DNA of 64,000 nt from Amoebophrya sp. A120. Lineage: Eukaryota; Protista; Dinoflagellata. Position 1 is the stretch's first letter, and each line of letters starts with the position of its first letter. The notes beneath the pieces are model-generated. The model did no database searches. It saw only the letters and a program-made list of their open reading frames with translations, and was not told the origin of the DNA. Positions 51,301-62,440 of this stretch are shown one piece after another. Made by a program: the position numbers and the translations under genes. Where the stretch lies: contig CAJINV010000008.1 in the NCBI GenBank assembly GCA_905178155.1, positions 1,116,001 to 1,180,000 of the forward strand. Direction: 5' to 3'.

Positions 51301-51497
51301 TCCAATCCTGCCCGGTGACCCGCCCATTCTTCGAAGCCGCGGGGGTGCAGGGGTTAGAAGAGTGCAAAAAGAAATGGAGCGGCGCAGCCCGCGCGCTAAC
51401 ACAGGCCAACGAACTCCTCACGCCCCTGGTGGGCCCGTTCCCGGCGGTGCGGCACCTCTGCTGGGCAGGAGGCCGGCCGGACAGCGCGGAGGCGTAG
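48343..51497 (+). pseudogene. LINE pol ORF (reverse transcriptase-RNase H-zinc knuckle) with one frameshift near 50188
   Basis: RT motifs AAGPDDI, RPVALTSCLAKVWER, FLDLSSA, GVPQGTCLGP, YVDD, FLGVWFDRRLTF. RNase H motifs YCDGSA, ICTDSQS, VPGHAGIAGNVVADHLA. C-terminal CALC...HFVQSCP. The frame switches between YWHGA and KEKAALNSVQ. Confidence 0.88.
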
Positions 51498-51632
51498 CAC
51501 ACCACACAACCAACAAAACGCGAGACAACCAGGCGACCACCAACGAGCACGCAGACGCTGCAAGTTAGTGATCCACCCGCCGCAGGAGTATCCAGACGCC
51601 TGCCACGGTGGTGATTTTGAGTTTATATGTCC

Positions 51633-51769
51633 AAGCACGAACGGTCGCTGACGAAGCGCAAGCCTGGGAGCAAGCCCCTATACTACGCGCGAAACCTCGG
51701 GGCAGGGTTGCGCCCTCCTTCGTGGAGGAATTGAAGGGGGCGCACCCTTCAGGTACTCTGTTATGCGTT
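51633..51769 (+). ncRNA. Candidate type I hammerhead ribozyme
   Basis: Core CTGACGA (51648-51654) plus A, stem II GCGC/GCGC, GAAA (51691-51694), stem III CCT...AGG extended by a long hairpin, cleavage triplet GUA (51753-51755), imperfect stem I (AACGG/CTGTT, GCA/TGC). Confidence 0.5.
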
Positions 51770-53844
51770 CCGCTTCGTTTTCATCATGCTCTAGTAGTGC
51801 TGGCCTGAAGTTGTTGTTGCACCAAGATCAATCTGCTGGTTTAATGCGGTCCCGCTTCTGTTCCTCCCCTGCCGCTACAACGCAGGCGTCCCCACCCACG
51901 ACCGCCGCCCCACGCGCCACACCCTGCTCCACACCCCTTCTCCACCGGTAACGGCGCGACGATCTGCTCCACAAGCCCCACCTGCTCCACAGCCGACGCA
52001 CTAGCCCAGACGCACGATCACCTCTCCATGCACAGAGACGTCCACGCAAGCCATGAAAGCGGGATCGGGTTGCATCTTTCCCCAGCGGGCGGGGGGAGGT
52101 GCACCCTTCAGGTACGTGGGGCCAGAGCTGCTACGCCGTCCTCTGCGGTTACCGGTGGTGGAGCGTCCTCATCTGTCCGCCGGTGGCGCTAGCCAGCACC
52201 TCCTGACGACACCATGACTGGGGAGATGCGGAAACTGGCCGCGCAGTTCCGGAGCCGAAGTGGAGGACGGATGGGAGGACGCAACAGTGTGCTGGAGGCC
52301 TTATCGGAAGTTGAAGCTGAGCCTTTTCGCTCGTGCAGGGATCTCTCAGACAAATTTGAAAAAGATTCGAAACTTAAGCATGGCTGTACTTGAAAACCTG
52401 AGCTACGACGTAAGCGACCACTTTAGACTTTGAAACTTTGACGTAGAAGCAGACAGAAATAAAAGAAATTCAAAAAGCTTGTATCCCAAGCGAAAACTTT
52501 ACGGATCGGAATTCTACTATAGACCTGGCGACTTTTAGAGATTTAAACTTGAAGCTTTAACTTCGACAACGCAATACGTATTTTTTGAACAGCAACAGCT
52601 AGAAGGGACGATCAAAGCATCGTAGTTGTAGTCAGGAAGGGTTATTTTTCTTTGAGTTAGCAGCTATTCTTAGTCAGTCTTACTTCCCTTTACTTTTTAA
52701 GAAAGCACAAGAGCAGTAGTAGTCCCGGGTTTTTTCAGCGCTTCTGGTTCTGGTGCCAGAGAGGATTTTTATTGAAATAGCGCTAGAGAAAAAAGGTGAG
52801 TAAACGCGTTCCCACCTTGACGCATAACTACAAACAAACAAACATTTTTATTAAGTTACATCATGAATAAAACACATCACTGGCGGCACGCTTAGGTAAA
52901 AAGTTGATCTTGCCTGTCCACGTTATTTCCTGCTTATGTTTTGCCTTGGCTTGCCAGATGAAGTGGCGGGTCTATTCAATCATCGTGGTCGCGAAGAAGC
53001 TGTCATTGACCAGATGGATCATCATGCTAAGATGATCTTCAGCCAAGGACATCACAAAGCCGGAGTTTCAAGGGCCAGAAAACAAGCTTGAGCCCGAGGT
53101 GGGCTCTTCGATCTGGAAAAACTTCAGCAAGAGGAAAAATGTATCATCTTAGACAGTTGCTTTCTAGTTTCTACCACTTTCAAACCACGCCACATATCTA
53201 TGATTGAAGAAGAACAGCATATTGCCGCGGCTCGTTGCTGGTTGTCGCACTTAGACGGCATACTTTACGCCCTCCGGTGTGACGATATCTGATATGTTCC
53301 ACCCTGTCATGAGCACTCGAGTACTTCTGCGATCGAGCTGTTAGGACAATTTAGAAGTTGCGTTTTTTTGATCTTTTTTTGTTCTCCTGTCGGTTTTGAT
53401 GGAGTAGGGTGTTTCAGCGTCCACTTGAGACAGCTGCTGGTTAGGTTTATCTGTATATACAGTTTGTATTTGAATTTTCCGAGTGTATTTTTCATCGCGC
53501 CCTGCTGACGAAGACGAGTCACACTCCAGACAGTATGGTGATCGCTGTGCTGGTGACTCGGGCGGATCCGAAAGATTCTGTGAACTACTTGATGACCACG
53601 TCGTACTCTTACTTTCTTTTCTTTCTTCAACCGAGAGGTCAATGTCAAGGGAGTGAGCGCAGAAAGGTAAATGTGGAAACACCAGCAAAGCGTTTTTGTT
53701 TTTAGTAGTTCAGTCGAAAAATAGCCGCACGCACGACCGAGATGGTTTTGCAGTGGCTTCTACTCCTGCAGACCAACTGTACTTCGATTCCTCTTCTTTT
53801 ATTTGGTACTTGGTGAAAAAGAAAAGTGCGCCGCCGCCTAAGAT

Positions 53845-54954
53845 ATGTTTTCTGCATTCAGGAGCAAAGGCTCAGCCTTGGCGTCCGAGCGCTCGGAATC
53901 CGAACCGCAGGCGGTGCTTTCGCCGGCGGACGACGATGAGCAGGGAAGGGGAGCAGAGAAGTACCGGAATCGTTTTGTTTCCGCTTCCATAGATGTTGGC
54001 GATACAAACTCCAGTCAGAAGAGAGCTGCGCCCCCGCGGGATTCCGATTCGCTTGCGGTAAAAAGAAAAACCGGGGTTTTTACGATCACGCGTCTCGCGA
54101 TTTTGTACGTCATTCTGGTGATGCTATTGTGGGACGCATCGTTACCCCGAACCGGCTGGCGTGTCTCGGAACGAACGCACCATGAAAGACAACTAGACTT
54201 ACTGACGCTGTCACGAAGCTCCAAGGACGTCCTGTTGACTACCGCAGGCGGTGGCGGACCACTTGATGCCAGAGTCGTTTCATCTTTTCCTTTAGGAACA
54301 GACAAGGACGTTGGACAAGAAAATTCTTTTTTGTACTGGCTGTCGTCTTTACCGCTTCCACATTTGCGGCTTCCCTGGAGAACGTCGACGGGGATTTTTT
54401 CGTACTTCAGACACAATCCAGGCTTGCTGGCCGGAGATGAACTCGCAGTGAAACAGATTGTCTACCTCAAGCGAGAAATTTTCCAGGACAACAGCGAAGC
54501 CCATCTGCGGTCGTCTAGTATCGTCCTCCCGCGAGAAGATAAAGGCACCAGCAACGAACTGGCTACGAGCAAAAATACCGCACCCCTGCAAATAACACGA
54601 AGACATAGTCCAGAAGACAATCATGAATTTGGCAGCGGAACGAGAGGTGAGCGAATCGTGACAAGAAGCGGCTCGACGTCGACGGATCGCAGCGGGGGCG
54701 ACAAAAAACTCTTTGAATTCATTTATTTACCACCTGAAACCGACACGAGCTCACAAGTGCAGAATATTCTCAGTGGCCTGGAGAAGATGAACGACAAAGG
54801 GCAACCTTCTGCGGAGGAGCCACTCCCTCCCAATCCTTTCCCCGGTGGCATCGGCTTTGGGAGCGTAGACGCAAGAACGTTGCTCTCGCTGGAGCCGATG
54901 AAGACAAAGACCGATGAAAGCAGCTGGCGCCGCGAAGCTTCAACATCGCTATGA
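53845..54954 (+). CDS. Probable N-terminal part (TM anchor and stem) of the downstream GT17 glycosyltransferase
   Basis: 369-codon ORF with a single TM segment (LAILYVILVMLLW), type II membrane topology. The junction to 55359 was not resolved. Confidence 0.5.
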   Translation: MFSAFRSKGSALASERSESEPQAVLSPADDDEQGRGAEKYRNRFVSASIDVGDTNSSQKRAAPPRDSDSLAVKRKTGVFTITRLAILYVILVMLLWDASLPRTGWRVSERTHHERQLDLLTLSRSSKDVLLTTAGGGGPLDARVVSSFPLGTDKDVGQENSFLYWLSSLPLPHLRLPWRTSTGIFSYFRHNPGLLAGDELAVKQIVYLKREIFQDNSEAHLRSSSIVLPREDKGTSNELATSKNTAPLQITRRHSPEDNHEFGSGTRGERIVTRSGSTSTDRSGGDKKLFEFIYLPPETDTSSQVQNILSGLEKMNDKGQPSAEEPLPPNPFPGGIGFGSVDARTLLSLEPMKTKTDESSWRREASTSL

Positions 54955-55358
54955 AACGTATCCAGACAGGAAGGAATCGGAAATGAGGGCCTGGCTTATC
55001 CCTTTACAGAGATGCAAATTATACAATAGAACTGGTAGGAGATGAAGAAAATGCAAAGTTTTGTGCACAACTGCTAGGTCTTCCTTTTTCTTTTGCCGAA
55101 AATTATTCACAGCTGCGCCGAACTCGAAAATTAAGAATAAGCGCTGCCAAACTGATTTGGGAAAGACCGCTAGCGCTGCTTGCATAACAGATAAGGAAAC
55201 AGGACAGCGCTAAGCTTAATAAGTTGAAGTTGTGCAACTACTGTAATTGACGACCGCGAAGAGAAGTCTAAATCTTCTTTTCGCCAAGGCTTCATGATTT
55301 TTCCGCTTCTTTCTGATGAAAAGGGTTGAAGAACTCGATACAAGGTGACTCCACTAGG

Positions 55359-57506
55359 ACGGGCCGGCAGATCTGGGACTGCTTCTTGTTCTCTGGTGAG
55401 CTGGACCTGCTGGAAGCGCGGTTGGGGGAGCTGCACGATGTAGTAACCGGGTTCGTGATTGTGGAGTCCAACTACACGCTTCAACTGGAACCGAAGCCAT
55501 TGTACCTGAAAAACAACTACGCGCGCTTCAAGAAGTGGCACTCCAAGATGTACCGCTACGAAATCGCGGCGCCCCCAGCGATGATGCCTGGGCTACTGTA
55601 CGGAACCACCACCACAAGCAGCACCACCGCTGCGGTGTCCTTAGACGGGTCGTCTCATCCTGCTGTTCTGCAAGGGGGCGACGTTGCCAAACCGGTCTCC
55701 CTACTCGATGGCGGCGACCTCCCCGATTTCTGGGCCATGGAAGTATTTCAGCGCAATGCAATAGGCTGCGCCTTCCGGGACGACAACTTTGCGTTGAAGA
55801 ACCAGGTCGAAGACTCAGCTCTTGTCTTCGTCATGGACGTCGATGAGATTCCGCATCCAGCTCTGCTGCAAGAGCTGAAATTCGAGCAGTTCGTACCGTC
55901 ACCTATAACTACTCCTCGGCCGGCCCAGGCCACACAGGAAATAAGGTCCCTCCACGTCTACCTACCGTTACAGCATTGTTTGGGAGCGTTCTCGTTGTGC
56001 AAGGTGGAAAAATATTGGACGATATCTGCCGCCGTGGAGTTTCGTTTCTTTCGCGATTTTTTGAACTACGAATCCAACTGCGTGAGGAACGGAAACTTCT
56101 TTGACTCTGCGAGAGGGAAAAACCAGTGCGCGATTGTTCATTTACTGAGCAGGCGTACCAGCACGACGAGCCCCCTTGATGTAGGCGCAGGGGAAGAAAC
56201 GCCATTGACGGCGTCCGCATCGCAACTGAGCTCCACCATAAGTGCACCACTTGGGGCAGCTGCACCGGTTGCCGACGAGGCCGCTCAAGCAGGAAAGTTA
56301 GGGAGTCCAGCTGCGGGGACAACAACATTCGGCACCGGGGCCGGCACCACTGCGCCATCCAAGGGCAGTGCGGCAGCAAATTCAGGGGCACCTCCGGAAG
56401 TGCCTTTGGAGTCCGCAACTCTGCGTGTTCTAGCTCGCCGCAACTTGAGAGGCATGTTGTTTGCGAGTTATGACGGTGCCAGTGCAGAGGCAGACCACAA
56501 CGAAGGCGGTCGGGACCGTGAGCAGCAGAAACATCCTGATGATTTTGGAGGAGGCCACGAGGAGAAATCTTCCGAGAACCACCGCGCAAACGGGCCCCTG
56601 GACAATGGTGCGTCAAGAGCAAGAAACTACGAAGTTAATGATGGGCACACTGCTACGTCTACGGAGCGATATGCAGAAGGAGTGGGAGGAGCCAGATTAC
56701 GTACGGGCGCTGCAGACGAGTCGAACGAGCCAGAGCCAATTTCGTCTGCATCTTCTTCTGCTCCAACGCTGAAACAACGACTCCAGAACTCCAATGCCTT
56801 TGACTTCAAGCGCGAAATCATGAGATACCATCTTTTGTTGCAGACCGCGGGCCCGCATCTGGGTGTCCACATCACGCCCCCAGCGACGGAGGAGTTGATC
56901 TTGAAGACGCTGTCGCAGCAGTGCCGTAAAAAGGGAAACACAACGAGGACGCACCAGCTGCGTGACGTGCGTTGTGCCCTGTCCCGCCGCTACTCTTTCC
57001 AGCGCTCACACGATTCCGAAGCAGCCCGCTTCGCGGACATGCTGCGGCACCGGCGAACCGGCGATGGCAACGGGGAAAATTTTTCCGGCGAGCAGCAAAC
57101 AGACGCCCTGCCTCGCAGTCTGGGCTTGTTCTTCCCACCGGCGCAGCTGAGCAAGGCCGCTGCGGCGCGGAAAATCGTAACGCGGATGCTTCCCATCGTG
57201 TTGCACGCCGGGGTCCACTGTTCTTCGTGTATGTCCACCGCAGGCATTGTGGAAAAGTTTCAACAAACGGCTCACACCTTCATGCGCAACCACGCAGATT
57301 TCCGAACTGCCCACCTCTTGGCTTGCCATGGCTTCTGGGTGGACGGCACCCTACACGGTTTTCGCATCGCGGGGGACTTTCGCCTGCTAAAGAATTTGCA
57401 AGCGGGCTGGGTTCCAGATTACGTCCTACAAACCGCGACAACCAATCCGCGGATGCGGGATCTGATTTACAATCAGACAGAATGCGACGGTTCTCAACGA
57501 CGCTGA
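55359..57506 (+). CDS. Glycosyltransferase family 17 (beta-1,4-mannosyl-glycoprotein GlcNAc transferase, MGAT3/GnT-III-like) catalytic exon
   Basis: RQIWDCFLFSGELDLLEARLGELHDVVTGFVIVESNYT...PKPLY, EVFQRNAI, MDVDEIP, AGVHCSSC. Confidence 0.85.
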   Translation, partial: TGRQIWDCFLFSGELDLLEARLGELHDVVTGFVIVESNYTLQLEPKPLYLKNNYARFKKWHSKMYRYEIAAPPAMMPGLLYGTTTTSSTTAAVSLDGSSHPAVLQGGDVAKPVSLLDGGDLPDFWAMEVFQRNAIGCAFRDDNFALKNQVEDSALVFVMDVDEIPHPALLQELKFEQFVPSPITTPRPAQATQEIRSLHVYLPLQHCLGAFSLCKVEKYWTISAAVEFRFFRDFLNYESNCVRNGNFFDSARGKNQCAIVHLLSRRTSTTSPLDVGAGEETPLTASASQLSSTISAPLGAAAPVADEAAQAGKLGSPAAGTTTFGTGAGTTAPSKGSAAANSGAPPEVPLESATLRVLARRNLRGMLFASYDGASAEADHNEGGRDREQQKHPDDFGGGHEEKSSENHRANGPLDNGASRARNYEVNDGHTATSTERYAEGVGGARLRTGAADESNEPEPISSASSSAPTLKQRLQNSNAFDFKREIMRYHLLLQTAGPHLGVHITPPATEELILKTLSQQCRKKGNTTRTHQLRDVRCALSRRYSFQRSHDSEAARFADMLRHRRTGDGNGENFSGEQQTDALPRSLGLFFPPAQLSKAAAARKIVTRMLPIVLHAGVHCSSCMSTAGIVEKFQQTAHTFMRNHADFRTAHLLACHGFWVDGTLHGFRIAGDFRLLKNLQAGWVPDYVLQTATTNPRMRDLIYNQTECDGSQRR

Positions 57507-59286
57507 CGCTGGTACTGTGGATTAGATTTACGATTCGAACATGGGGGGGGCTAGCTGAGAAGGATAGAGAATCTCGATTTCGAAATCTGTTTGCGTATCG
57601 AGGTTTTTCAGCGTTAGTGCTCGTTGTTCGATTGGCTAAAGCAACACACAAAACCAAACAGATTCCACAGTTGGGGCAAAGGATGGGGTAGTGGAGTAGG
57701 TAGCTTAGATGTCCACTACGCCCTGATGCCCCAACAGACTCAATGACATTCTCTATCTGTTACTAGCTTGCTTTTTTTTTTTTGGCGGGGTTTTTAAAAA
57801 AGAAGGGCAAAGATAAAGATGTCGCTAGGGCGTGATTCCTAATGTTCAAGAAGGCCTTTTTACGATGTGACTAACTTCTTTGCAAATGGACCCAAAATAG
57901 GAGACCTAAGGTTCGGGTGTGAATTTCTTCACGCAGCTTCTGTTCCCTTCCTTGAGTTGCTGCGGTGTTGAAGTTTACGCCTATGCTCGACTGCGCGGGA
58001 GGGTTTTTGCCTTACCCCTCTAAGGTCTCAGGAATCACGCTGCCACACTGTCACCAAACCCACGCCGACACTACCAAAAAGACTTTTTGATATGAATAAA
58101 AAAGCCCCAAAGAAGCATACTGCAGGGGGAAGGGAAAGGGCTTGCAGCTACCCAAAAAGCGCGGCCAAGCATATCAGAGGGCTTGCCTGGGGGTAGTTTC
58201 TGCACAGGTGCCGCGCTTGTGTATTTATATCGCAGCAATGAAGTAGAAGAGCATGGGCACGATAGTCAGCAACTGCCCCCTTCTCTGCCTTCCTCCTGTA
58301 GCAATACTTCCAAAAAGAGCCGATGCACAGCCAACATTCCGACGCGCCCAGCCATGCATGTCGTGGCACTTCGAGGTCCCAAAGATTGCTTCTTCAAAAC
58401 TCACAAGTGTGAATTGAGATTTCCCGACCTTTAGGCTTAGCGTTTTAGGCGTGTGGGGCGGGTCAGTGGGCCACTAGGAGGAACAGGTACAGAAACATCA
58501 CCGAAAAAAAGGAAGAGCAACATTGCGCGAGCGATGTCGCATCACTACAGTTGTCGACTTCTATGCGCAGCTAAGATGGAGGCAACTCGGTGATGTAACT
58601 CATTGCGTGGTGGACCGTGTGAACAACTGTAGCACGCTGCGAGGAGGAGGGAAGAGCATTCTGGAGCCGCAAGGCAAAGGCGTCCAAGCGCATGCACGAA
58701 CCACGAACAGGAACCGCGAAAAACGGCGACGACGAGCCTGGATCACCTCCCATTCCGATCTGATGTCGTTACTGAATTTTCTCGCAGTTTTAGCTTTGTG
58801 ATTTGTAGTTAAAAAAAAAAAAAATTTACGATGTATTTCTTTCTTTTGAAACGCTGCATCCACCGTACTAACAGTGATGTGGATTGAAACGCTGCATGAT
58901 CCACCGTTTTGAAACTTTGCATTTTTTTTTCGGCTGTGTCGTGGAAGCACAAGGCAGAATGAACGTGAAGCGAAGTCGTGTTCCTTTTTCTGCTGCGTTG
59001 CTGGTCCGATTCCAACTGCAACCACGATTCGCCCGTCAGACACAACCACTACAGTTCCACCTACAGGATTGTTTTCCCCTTGGTCTTGGATTTTTATTTC
59101 ATCAATTTTTCGACATCAATCACAATCTCTTTCTCTATGTATGTCTATGTTGATTATCATTATTCGCATTATTCGCATGAGTAAAAAGTAGTGTTAAAAA
59201 TAGAGCCCTCGCCCTCCAGCTGTTACCTGAAGAAATAAAGATAGCAGCCGACCCATACATTGTCGTTTACCGGCGAAGAAATAAAG

Positions 59287-61557
59287 ATGGCAGCAGCTGC
59301 GAGTGCGACCCATCAAGGGGGCAAGAAGGCTGAAGATGCTGAACCGCTGCTGCAGCCACTTCGAATATTGTTGGGTGTCTGTGGTTCCGTGGCCGCAGTG
59401 AAATTGGAAGAGCTACTCAATTCGCTCAGCAGGAATCCGCTTGGAGTGGCCATTGATGTGGTACTTACCGATGGGGCCTTGAAGTTTGCAGATGTTGACT
59501 ACAAGCCGAATCTCTCCGGGGGTGGGACTGGCAATAGTGCGAGCCGTTCTACTTCGTCCACCAAGAATGCCGGACTGCAGACGAATAGCACCACCAAGAT
59601 CTCGAGATTGCTCAAAAGGCCAAGAAGTCACGCAGCGGATTCGTCCGACAGCGCTGCGCTGAGCAGTAAGGTAAAAGCGGAAACGAACCATGATGCAAAT
59701 CATTCCAGCAAAGAAAGTGGTAACTCTGGTACTCGTCCCCAACACGCCCATAGGTGGGCGTTCTACACAGACGAAGACGAGTGGAGCAAGTACAGAACTG
59801 TGCATGAGGATCCGGTGCTACACATCGACCTGGCAAAGCGCAGCCACCTTTTTCTCATTGCCCCGCTGTCCGCGAACACCTTGGCAAAAATCGCTCACGG
59901 GCTCTGCGATAATCTGCTGACTTGCTGCGTGCGGGCCTGGCCGGCAGACAAGCCCCTCGTGGTCGCGCCGGCGATGAACACGGTAATGTGGCAAAATGCG
60001 CTCACCCAGCAGCACCTGTCTGCAATCCGGCGCGTCTACCCCCTCGCACGCGTGATAGAACCTCGAGGGTCCGCCTTGCTGGCTTGCGGAGACGTCGGAG
60101 TCGGGGCTATGGCTGAGGTGCAGCGAATACGCGAAGCCGTCCGAGAGAGTGTAGTTGCGACTGCATTTTTAGGAGCGGCAAGTAGCAAAGGCGGTTACAG
60201 CGATGTGCAGTCGAGGCCGGCGTCAGCATTAGAATCATCTTCAACGGGGGCTTCTACTGCTTTGTCGTCCGCTGCGCCGGCGGATATTCCTGCCGAGGCG
60301 AGTAGGAGTACTACAGGTTCAGGCTCACGGCTGGAACAAGGGACAAGCGAACATGCAAAAGTAGAGGAGTTTTTTAAGAAATCCACGCCGCCGGCAGACC
60401 TCACAGCGGTGCGGCAGCAAGTTGCAAAGTTGGTTCAGGAGCTCTCGGAAAACGAAAAAGTGATTTTAGTTACGTCCGGTGGAACGTCCGTGCCACTGGA
60501 AAAGAACCAGGTGCGCTCGATAGAAAACTTTTCCACTGGCGGGCGCGGAGCCCGATGTGTTGAAGAGTTTCTCCGGCAGCCTGATGCTCTCGTCCTGCCA
60601 GACGCCGCAAAGAATGATAGTGATTCTTTGCGTGGCTCTCGTGATCGTGAAAACGAGAATGCAGAGGCTCGTATTGCCTCGCCAGCTTCGCCGAAACGCA
60701 GGAAAATAAAGGCGTCGCCCCAGCAGGACGGATCCGGCAAAGGAGGTGGCGGCGCCTTGATATTCTTATATTCCACGAATAGCCGAGAGCTTCCGTTTGT
60801 TCGGGACACGCTGAAAGCCGCACGAGGAAATTTGGAGGAAGCAAGATCGACCTCTGATTTTGACGCCGGAGAACACGTCGCGAAACTCCATGCTGGCTTG
60901 TCACGAATACTCAATATGGAAAAGAGCTCCTGGGCGCCGAGTCTAGAAAAACTGAAAAAAAGTCGGACGCGTTTTATTGCGATCCCCTTCAGCACAGTAT
61001 ATCAGTATCTGTTCTACCTCCGCGCAATCGTGACGGAATTGCAGCCTCTGGGAAAGCGAGCCATGTTGTTTCTCGCTGCAGCAGTGTCGGACTTTTACGT
61101 GCCAGAAAAGGATATGGCGACTGACAAAATTCAATCATCTGTTGACGGGTTGTCTTTGACACTGCAACCCGTACCGAAGGTGTTGGGGGAAATACGCGCT
61201 AGCTGGGCGCCGAACAGCTTCCTCGTGACCTTTAAGCTGGAGACGAAAAGCGAACCTTTCTTGTACGAAAAAGCAAAAGGAGCACTGAAAAAATACCGGT
61301 GTGATTGCGTAGTAGCAAACATGTTGCAGTCCTACCGGGACTGGGCAACGCTTATTTGCTACACCGATCCTGCTACTTCGAGTTCTTCTAGCGGAGGTCA
61401 ACATCAAACCATCAAGCATGAGAAGTGCACGTGCAAGGCTCCAGTGGTCAAAAGCCCGGTTAGCAAGAACCCAGCCGCACCAGAAGGTGTCTCACTAGAC
61501 AGCCTACTCGTTGCGAGGTTACTGCAGATGCAAAATGAGGTCCTCGTAAAAAAGTAA
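59287..61557 (+). CDS. Bifunctional phosphopantothenoylcysteine decarboxylase - phosphopantothenate--cysteine ligase (PPCDC-PPCS fusion)
   Basis: N-terminal HFCD flavoprotein motifs ILLGVCGSVAAVK, VLHIDL, IAPLSANTLAKIAHGLCDNLLT, PAMNTVMW, LACGDVGVGAM. C-terminal eukaryotic PPCS motifs LVTSGGTSVPLEKNQVRSIENFSTGGRGA, LAAAVSDFYVP, KIQS, VTFKLET, VVANML. Confidence 0.92.
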   Translation: MAAAASATHQGGKKAEDAEPLLQPLRILLGVCGSVAAVKLEELLNSLSRNPLGVAIDVVLTDGALKFADVDYKPNLSGGGTGNSASRSTSSTKNAGLQTNSTTKISRLLKRPRSHAADSSDSAALSSKVKAETNHDANHSSKESGNSGTRPQHAHRWAFYTDEDEWSKYRTVHEDPVLHIDLAKRSHLFLIAPLSANTLAKIAHGLCDNLLTCCVRAWPADKPLVVAPAMNTVMWQNALTQQHLSAIRRVYPLARVIEPRGSALLACGDVGVGAMAEVQRIREAVRESVVATAFLGAASSKGGYSDVQSRPASALESSSTGASTALSSAAPADIPAEASRSTTGSGSRLEQGTSEHAKVEEFFKKSTPPADLTAVRQQVAKLVQELSENEKVILVTSGGTSVPLEKNQVRSIENFSTGGRGARCVEEFLRQPDALVLPDAAKNDSDSLRGSRDRENENAEARIASPASPKRRKIKASPQQDGSGKGGGGALIFLYSTNSRELPFVRDTLKAARGNLEEARSTSDFDAGEHVAKLHAGLSRILNMEKSSWAPSLEKLKKSRTRFIAIPFSTVYQYLFYLRAIVTELQPLGKRAMLFLAAAVSDFYVPEKDMATDKIQSSVDGLSLTLQPVPKVLGEIRASWAPNSFLVTFKLETKSEPFLYEKAKGALKKYRCDCVVANMLQSYRDWATLICYTDPATSSSSSGGQHQTIKHEKCTCKAPVVKSPVSKNPAAPEGVSLDSLLVARLLQMQNEVLVKK

Positions 61558-62440
61558 TGCTTTGGAAAAGTGACCACTGACACTGAGATGAAGTAGACGC
61601 GAAGACGAGGACTCGCCGGATCGAGTCTTCATCCTGCTGAAGACTTCTTCAATGGGAAAGAAAAATGATAAATGATTATCATAAGGTGTTCAGGTTGGTG
61701 CTGCAATATGATATGATCTGCAGCAGGTGCAGCTGCAGTGCGGTTGCGTAACTACAGGAGCCGCCGGTGCGTTCAGAACTGGTGCAGCTTTTCCGCCAGC
61801 AACACGACTGCATTGTTGCTGGTCCAGTTGTTGCCATAACCTTAACCATACCCATAGTTCTTCATCTCAAGCTTTGAGGATCAAATAAAGCGCACTAAAT
61901 ATGCAGGCCAAAACCCATCGACCTTGTAGTGCCACACACGAAAACGCACGGAATGATACACCGTGATACAGGAGGTCGCAGTTACAGGAGATCGATAGTA
62001 ACAAGATCTATGTATCTAAATCTATGGGTATGGACGCCTTCTTTTTCTCGGCTTAGGTACCATGACGATGTAAAGGTAAAAGCTCCAGTTGCGGCAGTAT
62101 CATATGATTATGTGATCTGATCCTGATCCTGATGTTGATATGGTCTCCTTTTTTTCTCGTGGTCAGAAGCCGACATCGACTAATACGTGCACGTGCATGC
62201 ACACCGGCAAAAAGTGGCCACAACTCTAATACTATCTTCGTCAGTACGATTACCAGGCACAACTACACAAAGAAACCATCGTAAAAATCTCACTTGTAAA
62301 ATTTATTTATGTACGATATCAATAAAAATAAAGATATACAGATTACGTATACGTCGTGAAGTAAATTTTCGCGTCAAAGTGTAAGCGAAAACACAAGTTA
62401 GACAAAACCCACGAATACGAAACCAATGCACCACAAGACC

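Larger units (their letters stand above)
48290..52340 (+). mobile_element. 5'-truncated non-LTR retrotransposon (LINE; RT + RNase H + CCHC, Ingi/I-group-like); ends approximate
   Basis: GC-rich block with ORF2-type coding at 48343-51497 and a structured GC-rich 3' region. The endonuclease domain is absent; the sequence starts near the RLNLKRADW linker. Confidence 0.85.

Noticed and set aside
52120-52170. HDV-like ribozyme (CCG-TCCTCTG-CGG resembles P3/L3)
   Set aside because: I could not build convincing P1 and P2 pairings or the J4/2 strand.
54951-54965. TATGAAACGTA resembling a family A left TIR
   Set aside because: No matching right TIR or ATCGC target duplication was found downstream.
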